DNA of 64,000 bases from Candidatus Zymogenaceae bacterium. GTDB taxonomy: Bacteria > Desulfobacterota > Zymogenia > Zymogenales > Zymogenaceae. Of the stretch, positions 10,052 to 19,490 are shown in pieces. The translations under genes were made by a program, and so were the position numbers. The notes beneath the pieces were generated by a model, which saw only the letters and a list, made by a program, of their open reading frames with translations, had not been told where the DNA came from and made no database searches. The stretch covers positions 2,858-66,857 of the forward strand of contig JAFGFE010000015.1 of NCBI GenBank assembly GCA_016931225.1, written 5' to 3'. Within the stretch, counting starts at the first letter, position 1, and every line of letters starts with the position of its first letter.

Positions 10052-11812
10052 ATGAAGGAACTACATGGAATCGGTGTTTCTTCCGGTATCGCCATGGGGA
10101 AGGTACATCTGATAGATCGCAGTAAGGTCAAATATACCCCCCGTTTTATACGAGATGAAAACATTGATTCGGAAATCAGACGTTTCAGTCTGGCCATTGA
10201 GGATTCGTACAACCAGCTTCAGGAAGCACAGGAAAAAATATCCGAAGAGCATTTTCAGGACTTCAAGCACATTATTGAAGCGCATATGTTCATTTTGAAG
10301 GATCGAATGCTCAACAGTGAGACCATCAAGACCATCGCTGAAGAACGCGTGAACGCCGAGTGGGCGTTGAGAATGGTTCACGAAAATATCGTCAGCTTTT
10401 TCAAAAAGCTCGATGACGATTACATATCGGAACGCGTGAGCGATGTGGATTACGTCGTCGAACGGGTCATGAGAAATCTCGTGGGCAAAGAGCAGGAGAG
10501 CATAACCGGGATCAAGGAAAACGTCATCATCGTCTCTCATGATCTTTCTCCGGCGGATACCGCCCAGATTGACAGGAGCGTCATCAAGGGATTCATCACC
10601 GACATCGGCGGAAGAACGTCTCACACCGCTATTATGGCCAGGTCTCTCGAGATACCGGCGGTCGTGGGTCTTGAGTATGTCAGCGAGGAGACCAAGAGTG
10701 GAGATTACATCATCCTCGACGGCAAGAAGGGGGTTGTCGTTATCAATCCCACAGAGGAAGTCAAGGACATATACAACGAATGCCTGAAGCGATTTGAGGA
10801 GGAAGAGCGGGAGCTTCTGCTGCTCAGGGAGCTTCCCAGCATTACCACGGACAGCCACGCCGTTACGCTCATGGCGAATATCGAGATGCCCCAGGAGCTG
10901 GAATCGGTCATTGAACACGGCGCCGAGGGCATCGGCCTGTATCGAACCGAGTTTCTCTATCTGAACCGCCTGGAGCTTCCCAGTGAAGAAGATCACTTCG
11001 AGGTTTACAAGTACGTTGTGGAAAAAATTCAGCCGATGGTCACCACCATTCGGACTTTCGACCTCGGCGGAGACCGGTTCCTCTCTCCGGTTCACCTGGC
11101 CAAGGAGATGAATCCGGCGATGGGGCTTCGCGCCATCCGATTCTGTCTTCGAGAGCTGGAAATATTCAAGGATCAATTGCGAGCCATTTTGCGGGTCAGC
11201 GCGTATGGGCCGGTTCGAGTGCTGTTTCCCATGATCAGCGGTGTGGGAGAGATCAGGGAGACGAAAGTAATTCTGGATCAGGTTAAGGAGGAGTTGAAAA
11301 AACGGGGCACGCCGTTCGATGAAAACATCCAGATCGGTTCGATGATGGAGATTCCATCGGCGATGGCCATTGCGGACCTTCTGGCCAAGGAGGTGGATTT
11401 CTTCAGCATCGGTACAAACGACCTTATCCAGTATTCTCTGGCGATCGACAGGGTGAACGAGCACGTCAATTATCTGTATGAGCCGTTGCACCCTGCGGTC
11501 CTCAGGATGATAAAGGGCGTCGTCACCTCCGCCAAGGTATCGGGCGTCAACATCGCCATCTGTGGAGAGATGGCGGGCGAATCGATATATCTGCCGATAC
11601 TGCTCGGCCTGGGACTCAAAGAACTCTCCATGAACGCACTCTCCATCCTGAGGGTGAAAAATATTCTCAGAGAGATGTCCTATCAGGAATGTAAGGAGAT
11701 AACCGAGAAGGCACTCGGCTTTTCAACGGCGACGGAAATACATAATTTCGTCTTCACGAAAATGAGCGAACGGTTTCCTCACATTTTTGGACCACCGGAT
11801 CAGAATGGATAA
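10052..11812 (+). CDS. ptsI: phosphoenolpyruvate-protein phosphotransferase (Enzyme I)
   Basis: 'GGRTSHTAIMARSLEIPAVVG' phospho-His region and the PEP-utilising TIM-barrel domain. An alternative GTG start lies at 10043. Confidence 0.9.
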   Translation: MKELHGIGVSSGIAMGKVHLIDRSKVKYTPRFIRDENIDSEIRRFSLAIEDSYNQLQEAQEKISEEHFQDFKHIIEAHMFILKDRMLNSETIKTIAEERVNAEWALRMVHENIVSFFKKLDDDYISERVSDVDYVVERVMRNLVGKEQESITGIKENVIIVSHDLSPADTAQIDRSVIKGFITDIGGRTSHTAIMARSLEIPAVVGLEYVSEETKSGDYIILDGKKGVVVINPTEEVKDIYNECLKRFEEEERELLLLRELPSITTDSHAVTLMANIEMPQELESVIEHGAEGIGLYRTEFLYLNRLELPSEEDHFEVYKYVVEKIQPMVTTIRTFDLGGDRFLSPVHLAKEMNPAMGLRAIRFCLRELEIFKDQLRAILRVSAYGPVRVLFPMISGVGEIRETKVILDQVKEELKKRGTPFDENIQIGSMMEIPSAMAIADLLAKEVDFFSIGTNDLIQYSLAIDRVNEHVNYLYEPLHPAVLRMIKGVVTSAKVSGVNIAICGEMAGESIYLPILLGLGLKELSMNALSILRVKNILREMSYQECKEITEKALGFSTATEIHNFVFTKMSERFPHIFGPPDQNG

Positions 11813-11828
11813 TAGCCCTTGACGGAAT

Positions 11829-11858
11829 GGTGTGAATAGGGATATACTTTATAGTTTG
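11829..11858 (+). promoter_or_regulatory. putative sigma70 promoter for metK (TTGACG-18 bp-TATACT)
   Basis: -35 TTGACG at 11829-11834 and -10 TATACT at 11853-11858. It sits in the AT-rich 130-bp gap between ptsI and metK. Confidence 0.3.
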
Positions 11859-11944
11859 AAAAAAAGTACGAGTAATAAATGTGGCGTCGGGGTATTTTGT
11901 TTTGGCGTCATTTCGTATACAGAGAATAGGAGGGAAAACAAATC

Positions 11945-13114
11945 ATGTCAATGACCGACTTTCTTTTCACTTCAGAATCAGTTACTGAAGGTCATCCGGA
12001 TAAAGTTGCGGACCAGATTTCCGACGCCATCCTAGACGCGATGTTGGAAAACGATCCTGCCTCCAGGGTTGCATGTGAGACGCTGGTAACCACCGGCATG
12101 GCCATTATCGCCGGTGAAATCACCACACAGACATGGGTGGATATGCCTGAAATTATCAGGCAGACGATAAAGGAAATTGGGTACAATGATGCCGCAATGG
12201 GATTTGATTGGGAGACCTGCGCCGTTCTGACCTCTATCGACAAGCAGTCTCCCGATATCGCGCAGGGTGTGGATACCGGGAGAGGACTGCACGAAGAACA
12301 GGGCGCCGGCGACCAGGGGCTGATGTTCGGATACGCCTGCGACGATACGCCCGAGTTGATGCCGATGTCCATCAGTTTCGCCCACAAACTCTGCCGTCGG
12401 CTGGCGGATGTGAGAAAGCAGAATATCCTGGATTTCCTCAGACCGGATGGGAAATCCCAGGTTACCGTTCAGTACGTGGATGACAAACCCGTGCGGGTGG
12501 ATGCGGTGGTTATCGCCGCCCAGCATTCGCCGGATGTTCCCTACAAAAAGCTGGAGGAGGGGATCATCGAGGAGGTTATCAAGAAAATTATTCCACGGGA
12601 GCTGATCGATAAAGACACGAAGTATCATGTAAACGCCACCGGCCGGTTTGTTTTGGGAGGACCTCACGCCGACTGTGGTCTGACGGGAAGGAAGATCATC
12701 GTCGACACCTACGGCGGTCAGGGCAGTCACGGCGGTGGGGCCTTTTCGGGAAAAGACCCCTCAAAGGTGGACCGATCCGGTTCCTATATGGCTCGATATG
12801 TTGCTAAAAATATCGTCGCAGCGGGACTTGCCAGGAAGTGCGAGGTCCAGGTTGCATACGCAATCGGCGTGGCCGAGCCGGTATCGCTGATGGTCGACAC
12901 GGGGGGCACCAGCGTCATTCCTCCAGATGAAATTGCACGAATCATTCGGGAAATGTTCGATTTCCGTCCGGCGATGATGATACAGAACCTGGAACTTCTC
13001 AATCCCATTTTCCGAAAAACCGCCGCATACGGTCACTTCGGCAGGGAAGACGAGGGATTTCGCTGGGAAGAGACCGACATGGTGGACAAGTTGAAAAAAA
13101 CGGCTGGGGTGTAG
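11945..13114 (+). CDS. metK: S-adenosylmethionine synthetase
   Basis: '[25 protein letters not shown]' and '[16 protein letters not shown]' are canonical MetK motifs. 389 aa. Confidence 0.95.
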   Translation: MSMTDFLFTSESVTEGHPDKVADQISDAILDAMLENDPASRVACETLVTTGMAIIAGEITTQTWVDMPEIIRQTIKEIGYNDAAMGFDWETCAVLTSIDKQSPDIAQGVDTGRGLHEEQGAGDQGLMFGYACDDTPELMPMSISFAHKLCRRLADVRKQNILDFLRPDGKSQVTVQYVDDKPVRVDAVVIAAQHSPDVPYKKLEEGIIEEVIKKIIPRELIDKDTKYHVNATGRFVLGGPHADCGLTGRKIIVDTYGGQGSHGGGAFSGKDPSKVDRSGSYMARYVAKNIVAAGLARKCEVQVAYAIGVAEPVSLMVDTGGTSVIPPDEIARIIREMFDFRPAMMIQNLELLNPIFRKTAAYGHFGREDEGFRWEETDMVDKLKKTAGV

Positions 13115-13214
13115 GATATCCCAGAGTTCTCGTCTTATCGGATCCACTATTCGATGAGATACGTCGAAAACAGTATCGGGCCGGGTGTGAATCCGGTCGT
13201 GGAGGCAATACACG

Positions 13215-14471
13215 GTGAAATGTGATATCAAGAACAAGGGACTTAAGGATATCGGCGTCAAGCGCATTGAATGGGCGCACATGGCCATGCCCGTGCTCGA
13301 GTCCATCAGGAAGAGATTTGAAAAGGAGCGGCCCCTTGAAGGACTGACACTGGGAGCGTGCCTTCACGTCACGACGGAGACCGCGAATCTCGCCATCACC
13401 CTCAATGCAGGCGGCGCCCGAGTATTCCTCTGTGCGTCCAATCCGCTCTCGACCCAGGACGATGTCGCGGCGGCGCTGGTAACGGAATTCGAGATACCTG
13501 TTTTCGCCATCAAGGGCGAAAACGACAAGACATATTACGAGCATATCAACGCCGTCATAGACGAAAAGCCGAATGTCACCATGGACGACGGCGCGGACCT
13601 GGTATCGGTACTCCACAGCAAGAGGACCGATGACCTGAAGAACGTCATGGGGGGCACGGAGGAGACCACCACCGGCGTCATCCGCCTCACCAGCATGGCC
13701 GAAAACGGCGTGCTCAATTACCCGATCGTCGCGGTAAACGATGCCAGCACAAAGCACTTCTTCGACAACCGCTACGGCACGGGACAATCGACCCTGGACG
13801 GCGTTGTGAGGGCCACCAATCGCCTGATCGCGGGATCGGTGTTCGTCGTGTGCGGATACGGATGGTGCGGCAAGGGACTGGCAATGCGGGCCTCGGGCAT
13901 GGGCGCGAACGTCGTCGTGACAGAGGTGGACCCGCTTATGGCCCTGGAGGCGGTGATGGACGGTTTTCGGGTCATGCCGATTGCCGAGGCCGCGGAAATC
14001 GGCGACTTTTTCGTGACCGTCACGGGTGACATCAACGTCATCTCCGTGGAGTCTTTCGAGCGTATGAAGGACGGCGCGGTGGTGGCCAACTCGGGACACT
14101 TCAATGTCGAGCTCGACCTCGGGGGCCTTGAAAAGATAACCGAAAAGAAGAGGGAAATACGGGATTTTACCGTCGAACATACCCTCAAGAACGGAAAAAG
14201 GGTCTATGTGCTGGGTGAGGGAAGGCTCATCAACCTGGCGGCCGCCGAGGGACACCCGGCGGCGGTTATGGACATGAGTTTCGCAAATCAGGCCCTCTGC
14301 TCCGAGTACATCTTCAATAACTACAAGAAGCTGGAAAACAAGGTCTACCCGGTACCCATTGACATCGACAGAGAGATTGCTCGATTGAAGCTTGCGTCGA
14401 TGGGGGTGAGAATCGACACGCTGACTCGCGAGCAGCAGGAATATCTCAGCTCCTGGCATATCGGAACGTAA
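13215..14471 (+). CDS. ahcY: adenosylhomocysteinase
   Basis: 418 aa. NAD-binding '[10 protein letters not shown]' and conserved blocks across the substrate-binding and NAD domains. Confidence 0.95.
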   Translation: MKCDIKNKGLKDIGVKRIEWAHMAMPVLESIRKRFEKERPLEGLTLGACLHVTTETANLAITLNAGGARVFLCASNPLSTQDDVAAALVTEFEIPVFAIKGENDKTYYEHINAVIDEKPNVTMDDGADLVSVLHSKRTDDLKNVMGGTEETTTGVIRLTSMAENGVLNYPIVAVNDASTKHFFDNRYGTGQSTLDGVVRATNRLIAGSVFVVCGYGWCGKGLAMRASGMGANVVVTEVDPLMALEAVMDGFRVMPIAEAAEIGDFFVTVTGDINVISVESFERMKDGAVVANSGHFNVELDLGGLEKITEKKREIRDFTVEHTLKNGKRVYVLGEGRLINLAAAEGHPAAVMDMSFANQALCSEYIFNNYKKLENKVYPVPIDIDREIARLKLASMGVRIDTLTREQQEYLSSWHIGT

Positions 14472-14504
14472 TCGCGGCGTTCATGTATCGAAAGATACGA
14501 TCAT

Positions 14505-14538
14505 GCGGGGGCATCGATACTGATGTCCCCGTTTTTTA
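14505..14538 (+). terminator. putative rho-independent terminator after ahcY
   Basis: Imperfect hairpin CGGGGGCATC-loop-GATGTCCCCG followed by a T6 run at 14532-14538. Confidence 0.45.
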
Positions 14539-14550
14539 TGAGAGAAAAAA

Positions 14551-15483
14551 ATGACTCCGAAAAAGGGATATATCGCAGACCTGTCTCTGGTGCTGATTTG
14601 TCTTTTCTGGGGCACCTCATTTATCCTGGTAAAAATGGCAATCATGGAGGTGGACCTCTACTATTTCGTCTTTCTCAGGTTTATCCTGGCGGTGTTTATC
14701 GTCGGGGGGCTGTTTTATCGGCGGCTTCCGCACTACAATCTCAAAATACTGAGGGACGGCGTCATCATGGGCGCGGCCCTGTTCGGGGCGTTTGCCCTTC
14801 AGACCATCGGCTTGAAGTATACCAGCGCCTCAAATGCCGGCTTCATTACCGGGCTGCATGTTGTGCTGGTGCCCCTGATGCTGGCACTGATATTCAAAAG
14901 AAAGCCGGCCCTGAACGCCACGATGGGCGCCGTGGTGTGTGCAATCGGTCTTTTTTTCCTCACCGTTGGAGACACGTTCACGATCAACCGGGGTGATGTC
15001 TGGGTGGTGCTGTGCGCCGTGTTCGTCGGACTGCATGTGATTTTTACCGGGTGGTTCGCCGTTCGCCACGATGTCTACCTCTTGGCCCTGACACAACTGG
15101 TGACCGTCATGGTTCTTTCCCTGGCGTCGTCGTTCATTCTGGGGGAGGGACCGGTCTCTCCATTCGCCCTCTCACCCTTCGTCATCCTGGTTGTGGTGGT
15201 CATGGGGATATTCGCCACCGCCTTCAATTTTACCGTGCAAACCTGGGCACAGCAATACACCACGCCCACCCGTGCGGCGGTGATATTCACCATGGAGCCG
15301 GTATTTGCGGCGATATTCGCATATTGGTGGGGTTCCGAGGTGCTGGGTTCCCGGGGATACCTGGGTGCGGCATTGATCCTTGCGGGCATCATTCTTACCG
15401 AAATCAAGATCACCGAATGGAGGGAGGGAAAGAACGGCTCACATACGGATGACAGGGCGGACACCGAAGGGTCCAGTTTGTGA
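14551..15483 (+). CDS. DMT superfamily (EamA-like) transporter
   Basis: 310 aa with about 10 TM helices and two EamA-like halves. 'LFWGTSFILVK' N-terminal motif. Confidence 0.8.
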   Translation: MTPKKGYIADLSLVLICLFWGTSFILVKMAIMEVDLYYFVFLRFILAVFIVGGLFYRRLPHYNLKILRDGVIMGAALFGAFALQTIGLKYTSASNAGFITGLHVVLVPLMLALIFKRKPALNATMGAVVCAIGLFFLTVGDTFTINRGDVWVVLCAVFVGLHVIFTGWFAVRHDVYLLALTQLVTVMVLSLASSFILGEGPVSPFALSPFVILVVVVMGIFATAFNFTVQTWAQQYTTPTRAAVIFTMEPVFAAIFAYWWGSEVLGSRGYLGAALILAGIILTEIKITEWREGKNGSHTDDRADTEGSSL

Positions 15484-15678
15484 CGGGATCGTATCGCACG
15501 GGAAGGGAGATGGGCGCATTTCGCAGACAACGGAGCGGGCGTTAAAAAAAACGGGTCGTTCCCCTCAGCGGTACAGGATCATAAAAACGTCCCTTTTTCA
15601 TCGGAATGTCGCCGTGGGGATTTTTCCCCGTCTGACTGATCAAAAAATCAGGAATTTTCGCCCACGGCAAGATCATCG

Positions 15679-16269
15679 TCAATGATCGGTATCGATCAGT
15701 CTATTGATAAGGATTTTCGTGGCGGTTGATATGAGGTCATCCCCGTCGGTGATTGTGAGCTTCTCTGTTCTCACTCCCTCGAGCGTGTCGATTAGGTCGG
15801 TCAGGATCTTGGGGGATTCAACGATCTCTCGCACCTCCATTAGAAAGGGCCCAATCTCACCCTCGGGCGCTCCGCCCGTCACCGATTTTACCGCGATCAG
15901 GTACAGTTGAAAGACCATACCGTACTGGTCGGCTTCGGAGATGATTTTCAGAGCCTCTTCGAAAGGGCGTTCCTGGGGGGTGCCGTTAACGATGAACTGG
16001 AGTCCGGACGTTAGGTATTTTTCCAGGGCTTGTTGGGCGAGTTCGGAGGTATCGGTCAGCGGCATGAGGCGTGCCATGACGTTCGCCCAGTTGTGATACG
16101 CCTCGGGAAATATATTCCTCTTCTGCACGGCGGATTCATACAGATCCGCGGCCTGTATGAAATGATCCACCGCCTCTTTATACCGCTTTTTGGAGATCAT
16201 TTCCTGTGCGGTGCGATAATGTATGTTCCCCGCCTCGTAGTGGCGGTTTGCTTCAGTAGTATCGTCCAT
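15679..16269 (-). CDS. hypothetical protein (TPR-like N-terminus)
   Basis: Start set at the ATG at 16269 with an AAGGA ribosome-binding site; the longer ORF begins at a TTG at 16302. Last gene of the lytic transglycosylase/TPR/pgsA minus-strand operon. I recognise no motif beyond a TPR-like helix pair. Confidence 0.45.
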   Translation of the reverse strand: MDDTTEANRHYEAGNIHYRTAQEMISKKRYKEAVDHFIQAADLYESAVQKRNIFPEAYHNWANVMARLMPLTDTSELAQQALEKYLTSGLQFIVNGTPQERPFEEALKIISEADQYGMVFQLYLIAVKSVTGGAPEGEIGPFLMEVREIVESPKILTDLIDTLEGVRTEKLTITDGDDLISTATKILINRLIDTDH

Positions 16270-16562
16270 GAAGAGGGATCCTTTGTGGAGATCTATACGC
16301 AATTACGTCGTGACGTCGATTTGGTGTAAGGCCGTATCGCCCAAGGTGCCGTATGACGCACGGTAATGATGGGGATAACGAAACCGTGCCGTTTAGTCAA
16401 GGAAGATGAGGAGGTGGTGCGAAGTCGTTTCTTTGTATGTGCACGCTACCGCCTCATAGGTATCGACACCGATCGGTGGGGTGTCTGTCGGAAAAACGCA
16501 TGTGCTGAGGGCTCAGACAGATACAGGCTCCGGAGATTTCGGCGTCCGGTCGTTTCGATCTT

Positions 16563-17165
16563 TTAATGCGAAGACTCGTCGTCACTGAGACGATAGAGCT
16601 TGAAAAAGTAATCGATTCCCGACCAGACGGTGAAGACCAGGGCGACCCACATCACCAGGATTCCCGCCGCGTGAAAATTAAATGATATAGGAAAATTGTT
16701 AATAGTGATGACCTGATAGTTGTGATGAACTATGAGAAACAAGGTGGCGATGACCTGGAACATGTTCTTGTATTTTCCCAGGAAACTGGCGGCTATGACG
16801 GTGCCGTCGGCGGCGGCGACGGCGCGCAGGCTCGTCACGCCGGTTTCCCTGAGGACGATGACGGCGACCATCCATGCCGGGACACGATCTAAGGGGATTA
16901 ACATAATGAGCGCCGTCAATACCAGGAGCTTATCCGCAAGGGGATCGAGAATCTTACCCAGATTGGTAATCAGGTTGTATTTTCTTGCGATGTATCCATC
17001 GACGATATCGGTGAGAGAGGCGAGTAAAAACAGTATGCCGGTGAACAGGTTTATCCAGAATCCGGTGTGTATAAGCATAACCATGATGACCGGAATGATG
17101 AATATCCGAAACATGGTCAAAACATTCGGGACGTTAAAATTCTTCGGTTCTTTCTGACTATTCAA
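16563..17165 (-). CDS. pgsA: CDP-diacylglycerol--glycerol-3-phosphate 3-phosphatidyltransferase
   Basis: CDP-alcohol phosphatidyltransferase motif 'DIVDGYIARKYNLITNLGKILDPLADK'. 200 aa polytopic membrane protein. Confidence 0.85.
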   Translation of the reverse strand: MNSQKEPKNFNVPNVLTMFRIFIIPVIMVMLIHTGFWINLFTGILFLLASLTDIVDGYIARKYNLITNLGKILDPLADKLLVLTALIMLIPLDRVPAWMVAVIVLRETGVTSLRAVAAADGTVIAASFLGKYKNMFQVIATLFLIVHHNYQVITINNFPISFNFHAAGILVMWVALVFTVWSGIDYFFKLYRLSDDESSH

Positions 17166-18504
17166 TGATTACTTTTCCTTCTCCGTTCAATTCAATAAAT
17201 GGGACGGTTATATGCCCGTCTTTACCCTTTTTCTGTGAAATCTCCGTCACCTTGGGAATGATTTTCCCCTCCCACCCGATAATCGAGGATGCGTTTACTT
17301 TTAAGGGTGTTTTTTTCGTGATTTCTTTTATAACCGGTGTTTTTTCGGACTGAATCGCAACGTCTCCCGCCCCCTTCAGGTGCACGATTTCCAGTGCCGT
17401 GGAATCGTCTATCCGGATAGCCCCGTTTTCCCACGAAATTCCGGATTGGAACGCCATGATCGCAGATTCCTTGATATAAAACACCGTGTCGGCGCTCAGT
17501 GTAATGATCTTCACCATTCTGTTTCCTGTGGAGAGCATGATTCTGCCAACGCCGTTTATCTCCACAAGCGGGTCATCATCCCCCCCCAGATCTTCAGCGG
17601 CTGTCTTTCCCTTGAAGATTCTTTTCGCGGCGTTGAAGGAGACATCACCTTCAACGGCTATCAAACCGCCCACCCTCCCGTAGGATATCCCGGTGGAATC
17701 GATGTTCAGTATATTCGGTTGCAGGTCCGGCTGTTTTGATTGATCCGTATCGACGCTGAATGTGGATGTTACCGATGGTGATGTGTCCGTCGTGGTTGAG
17801 GTGTCATTGGTCGAGTGGGTTTCGGCCTCGAGGAGGCCGTCGGTGCCCCGTTTCAATCCGATATGTTCTACCTGGGTGGAATTCTCGTAGACATCCAATG
17901 ATTTGCCTTGTCTGAAATCATCGAGCATCTGCTTGAGTTCCGGATCGAGACTCAAATCACCCACGGGTACGGCGCCCTGGGGCGTATCTCCTTCATCCCG
18001 CTGGTCGATCATGATGGTTGACGGATCACGGTTTCCCGCGATTACCTCGTCAACCTTCTTCGCCATTGTTCGTGATCCGGCCCGGAGAAACTCCTCCCGT
18101 GCGCTCTTGTATTTTCCCAGTTCGGTATACACGAGGCCCAAGTAGTTGTGTGCCCGGGCGTAGTCCTGTTTGAGATTGACCGCCTCGTTGAGTTCCCGAA
18201 CCGCGTCAAAGTATTTCTCTTCCTTGAAATAGACGAGGCCCAGATTGGCCCGGAGGGTGAACATGTCCGGATTTTTCTTGACGAGTTCACGATAGACGGA
18301 TTCACACTTGTTGTATATCTCAAGGCGGAAGTATATCAATCCCAGTAGATTTTGAACCGCTTCGTTGCCCGGAGAGAGCTTATTGGCCTCTTCGAGGTTT
18401 TGCAGAGCCGAATCGTAGTTACCCTGGTCAAGATCAGTGCGACCCTGCTTGAACAGCCTGAGGAATTCTTCATCCTTCACAAATTTTTCCTCAACGGTGG
18501 ACAC
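17158..18504 (-). CDS. TPR-repeat protein with beta-rich C-terminal domain of unknown function
   Basis: N-terminal 3-4 TPR motifs (e.g. 'AHNYLGLVYTELGKYKSAREEF'), a Ser/Thr-rich linker, and a C-terminal ~200-aa Gly-rich beta domain that may be AIM24/DUF124-like. 8-bp overlap with pgsA. Confidence 0.65.
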   Translation of the reverse strand: MSTVEEKFVKDEEFLRLFKQGRTDLDQGNYDSALQNLEEANKLSPGNEAVQNLLGLIYFRLEIYNKCESVYRELVKKNPDMFTLRANLGLVYFKEEKYFDAVRELNEAVNLKQDYARAHNYLGLVYTELGKYKSAREEFLRAGSRTMAKKVDEVIAGNRDPSTIMIDQRDEGDTPQGAVPVGDLSLDPELKQMLDDFRQGKSLDVYENSTQVEHIGLKRGTDGLLEAETHSTNDTSTTTDTSPSVTSTFSVDTDQSKQPDLQPNILNIDSTGISYGRVGGLIAVEGDVSFNAAKRIFKGKTAAEDLGGDDDPLVEINGVGRIMLSTGNRMVKIITLSADTVFYIKESAIMAFQSGISWENGAIRIDDSTALEIVHLKGAGDVAIQSEKTPVIKEITKKTPLKVNASSIIGWEGKIIPKVTEISQKKGKDGHITVPFIELNGEGKVIIE

Positions 18505-18546
18505 GAAGCGTGAATTCCTCCTTCTTTTGGAACGAAAGAACGGGAA

Positions 18547-19134
18547 CTATCGATAGTATTCCCAGAACTTCAGTACCTTTTTAACATAATTTTGCGTTTC
18601 TTTGTAGGGGGGAATTTGATTATCGTACTTGATAACCGCATTTTCTCCCGCATTATATCCGGCCAGGGCGAGTTCTGTATCTCCTTTGAACAGATTCAAC
18701 AAATAGCTGAGATATTCGGTTCCGCCGTATATATTCTGACGGGGATCGAAGATGTCGGTTACGGAGAATCTCTCGGCGGTTTCAGGTATCAGCTGCATCA
18801 GGCCGCATGCGCCCTTATTCGACATCGCATTGGGATCGAAATTTGATTCGGTTTTAATGACCGCCTTTATTAATGATGGATCGACCGCATAGAGCATGGC
18901 GGCGGTGTTTATGATTGTGTCATAATCGCTTACGGAATAGTAGTAATAATCATAGGTGACATATTCATCCTCCAGCTCGTCGTAGATCATGACGAAGCCG
19001 CCGGTATTTGGAACATTGGTAAAGACGATACAGCCGTCGGGATCCACCTTCATGTAGAAATCGGCAGGTGCCGTCATTGGAGTGAACAGGCATAAAACAA
19101 CCAGAGACAGAAGGACCAGATACAGATGTTTCAT
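18547..19134 (-). CDS. lytic transglycosylase domain (SLT) protein, secreted
   Basis: Signal peptide 'MKHLYLVLLSLVVLCLF'. SLT catalytic motif 'ESNFDPNAMSNKGACGLMQ'. Confidence 0.8.
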   Translation of the reverse strand: MKHLYLVLLSLVVLCLFTPMTAPADFYMKVDPDGCIVFTNVPNTGGFVMIYDELEDEYVTYDYYYYSVSDYDTIINTAAMLYAVDPSLIKAVIKTESNFDPNAMSNKGACGLMQLIPETAERFSVTDIFDPRQNIYGGTEYLSYLLNLFKGDTELALAGYNAGENAVIKYDNQIPPYKETQNYVKKVLKFWEYYR

Positions 19135-19417
19135 GATACTACTGTGTAAAAGTTAGGTATAAATATCTCTAATTACCTCAAAATTATAAACAGTTTAGTA
19201 TAAATAAAACAAGATTACAAGTTTTTTATAACCATATGCGGAAAACGCATGAAAAAAGCAAAATAATAAGAAGTTTCGAGAAATTTATTATACACAAAAC
19301 CGAGTAAAATGAAAACATAACTTGAATGGACACAGTACATTTTATATGGAAAGAACCACAAAAGGACAAATATGACGGTCATCTAGAAAGAAAAACGCAT
19401 TTTCCGTATCAGCCGAC

Positions 19418-19446
19418 TTGACGGTGTCTCGCCTGACTGATATAAC
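19418..19446 (+). promoter_or_regulatory. sigma70-type promoter for nadB (TTGACG-17 bp-TATAAC)
   Basis: TTGACG at 19418-19423, a 17-nt spacer, then TATAAC at 19441-19446, about 45 nt upstream of the nadB start. It lies at the edge of a ~350-bp AT-rich island. Confidence 0.5.
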
Positions 19447-19490
19447 ATGAATGCACATGAGCATTCTGTTTCTATTGGTATGGAAGAGTT

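Noticed and set aside
15615-15628. GGGGA-TTTT-TCCCC hairpin downstream of the DMT transporter
   Set aside because: 5-bp stem without a flanking U-tract on either strand, so it is not a convincing intrinsic terminator.
16732-17157. + strand 141-aa ORF antisense to pgsA (and similar antisense ORFs throughout, e.g. 10061-11491, 12999-14459, 46637-48652)
   Set aside because: These overlap well-supported genes on the opposite strand and are typical GC-rich antisense open frames without motifs.
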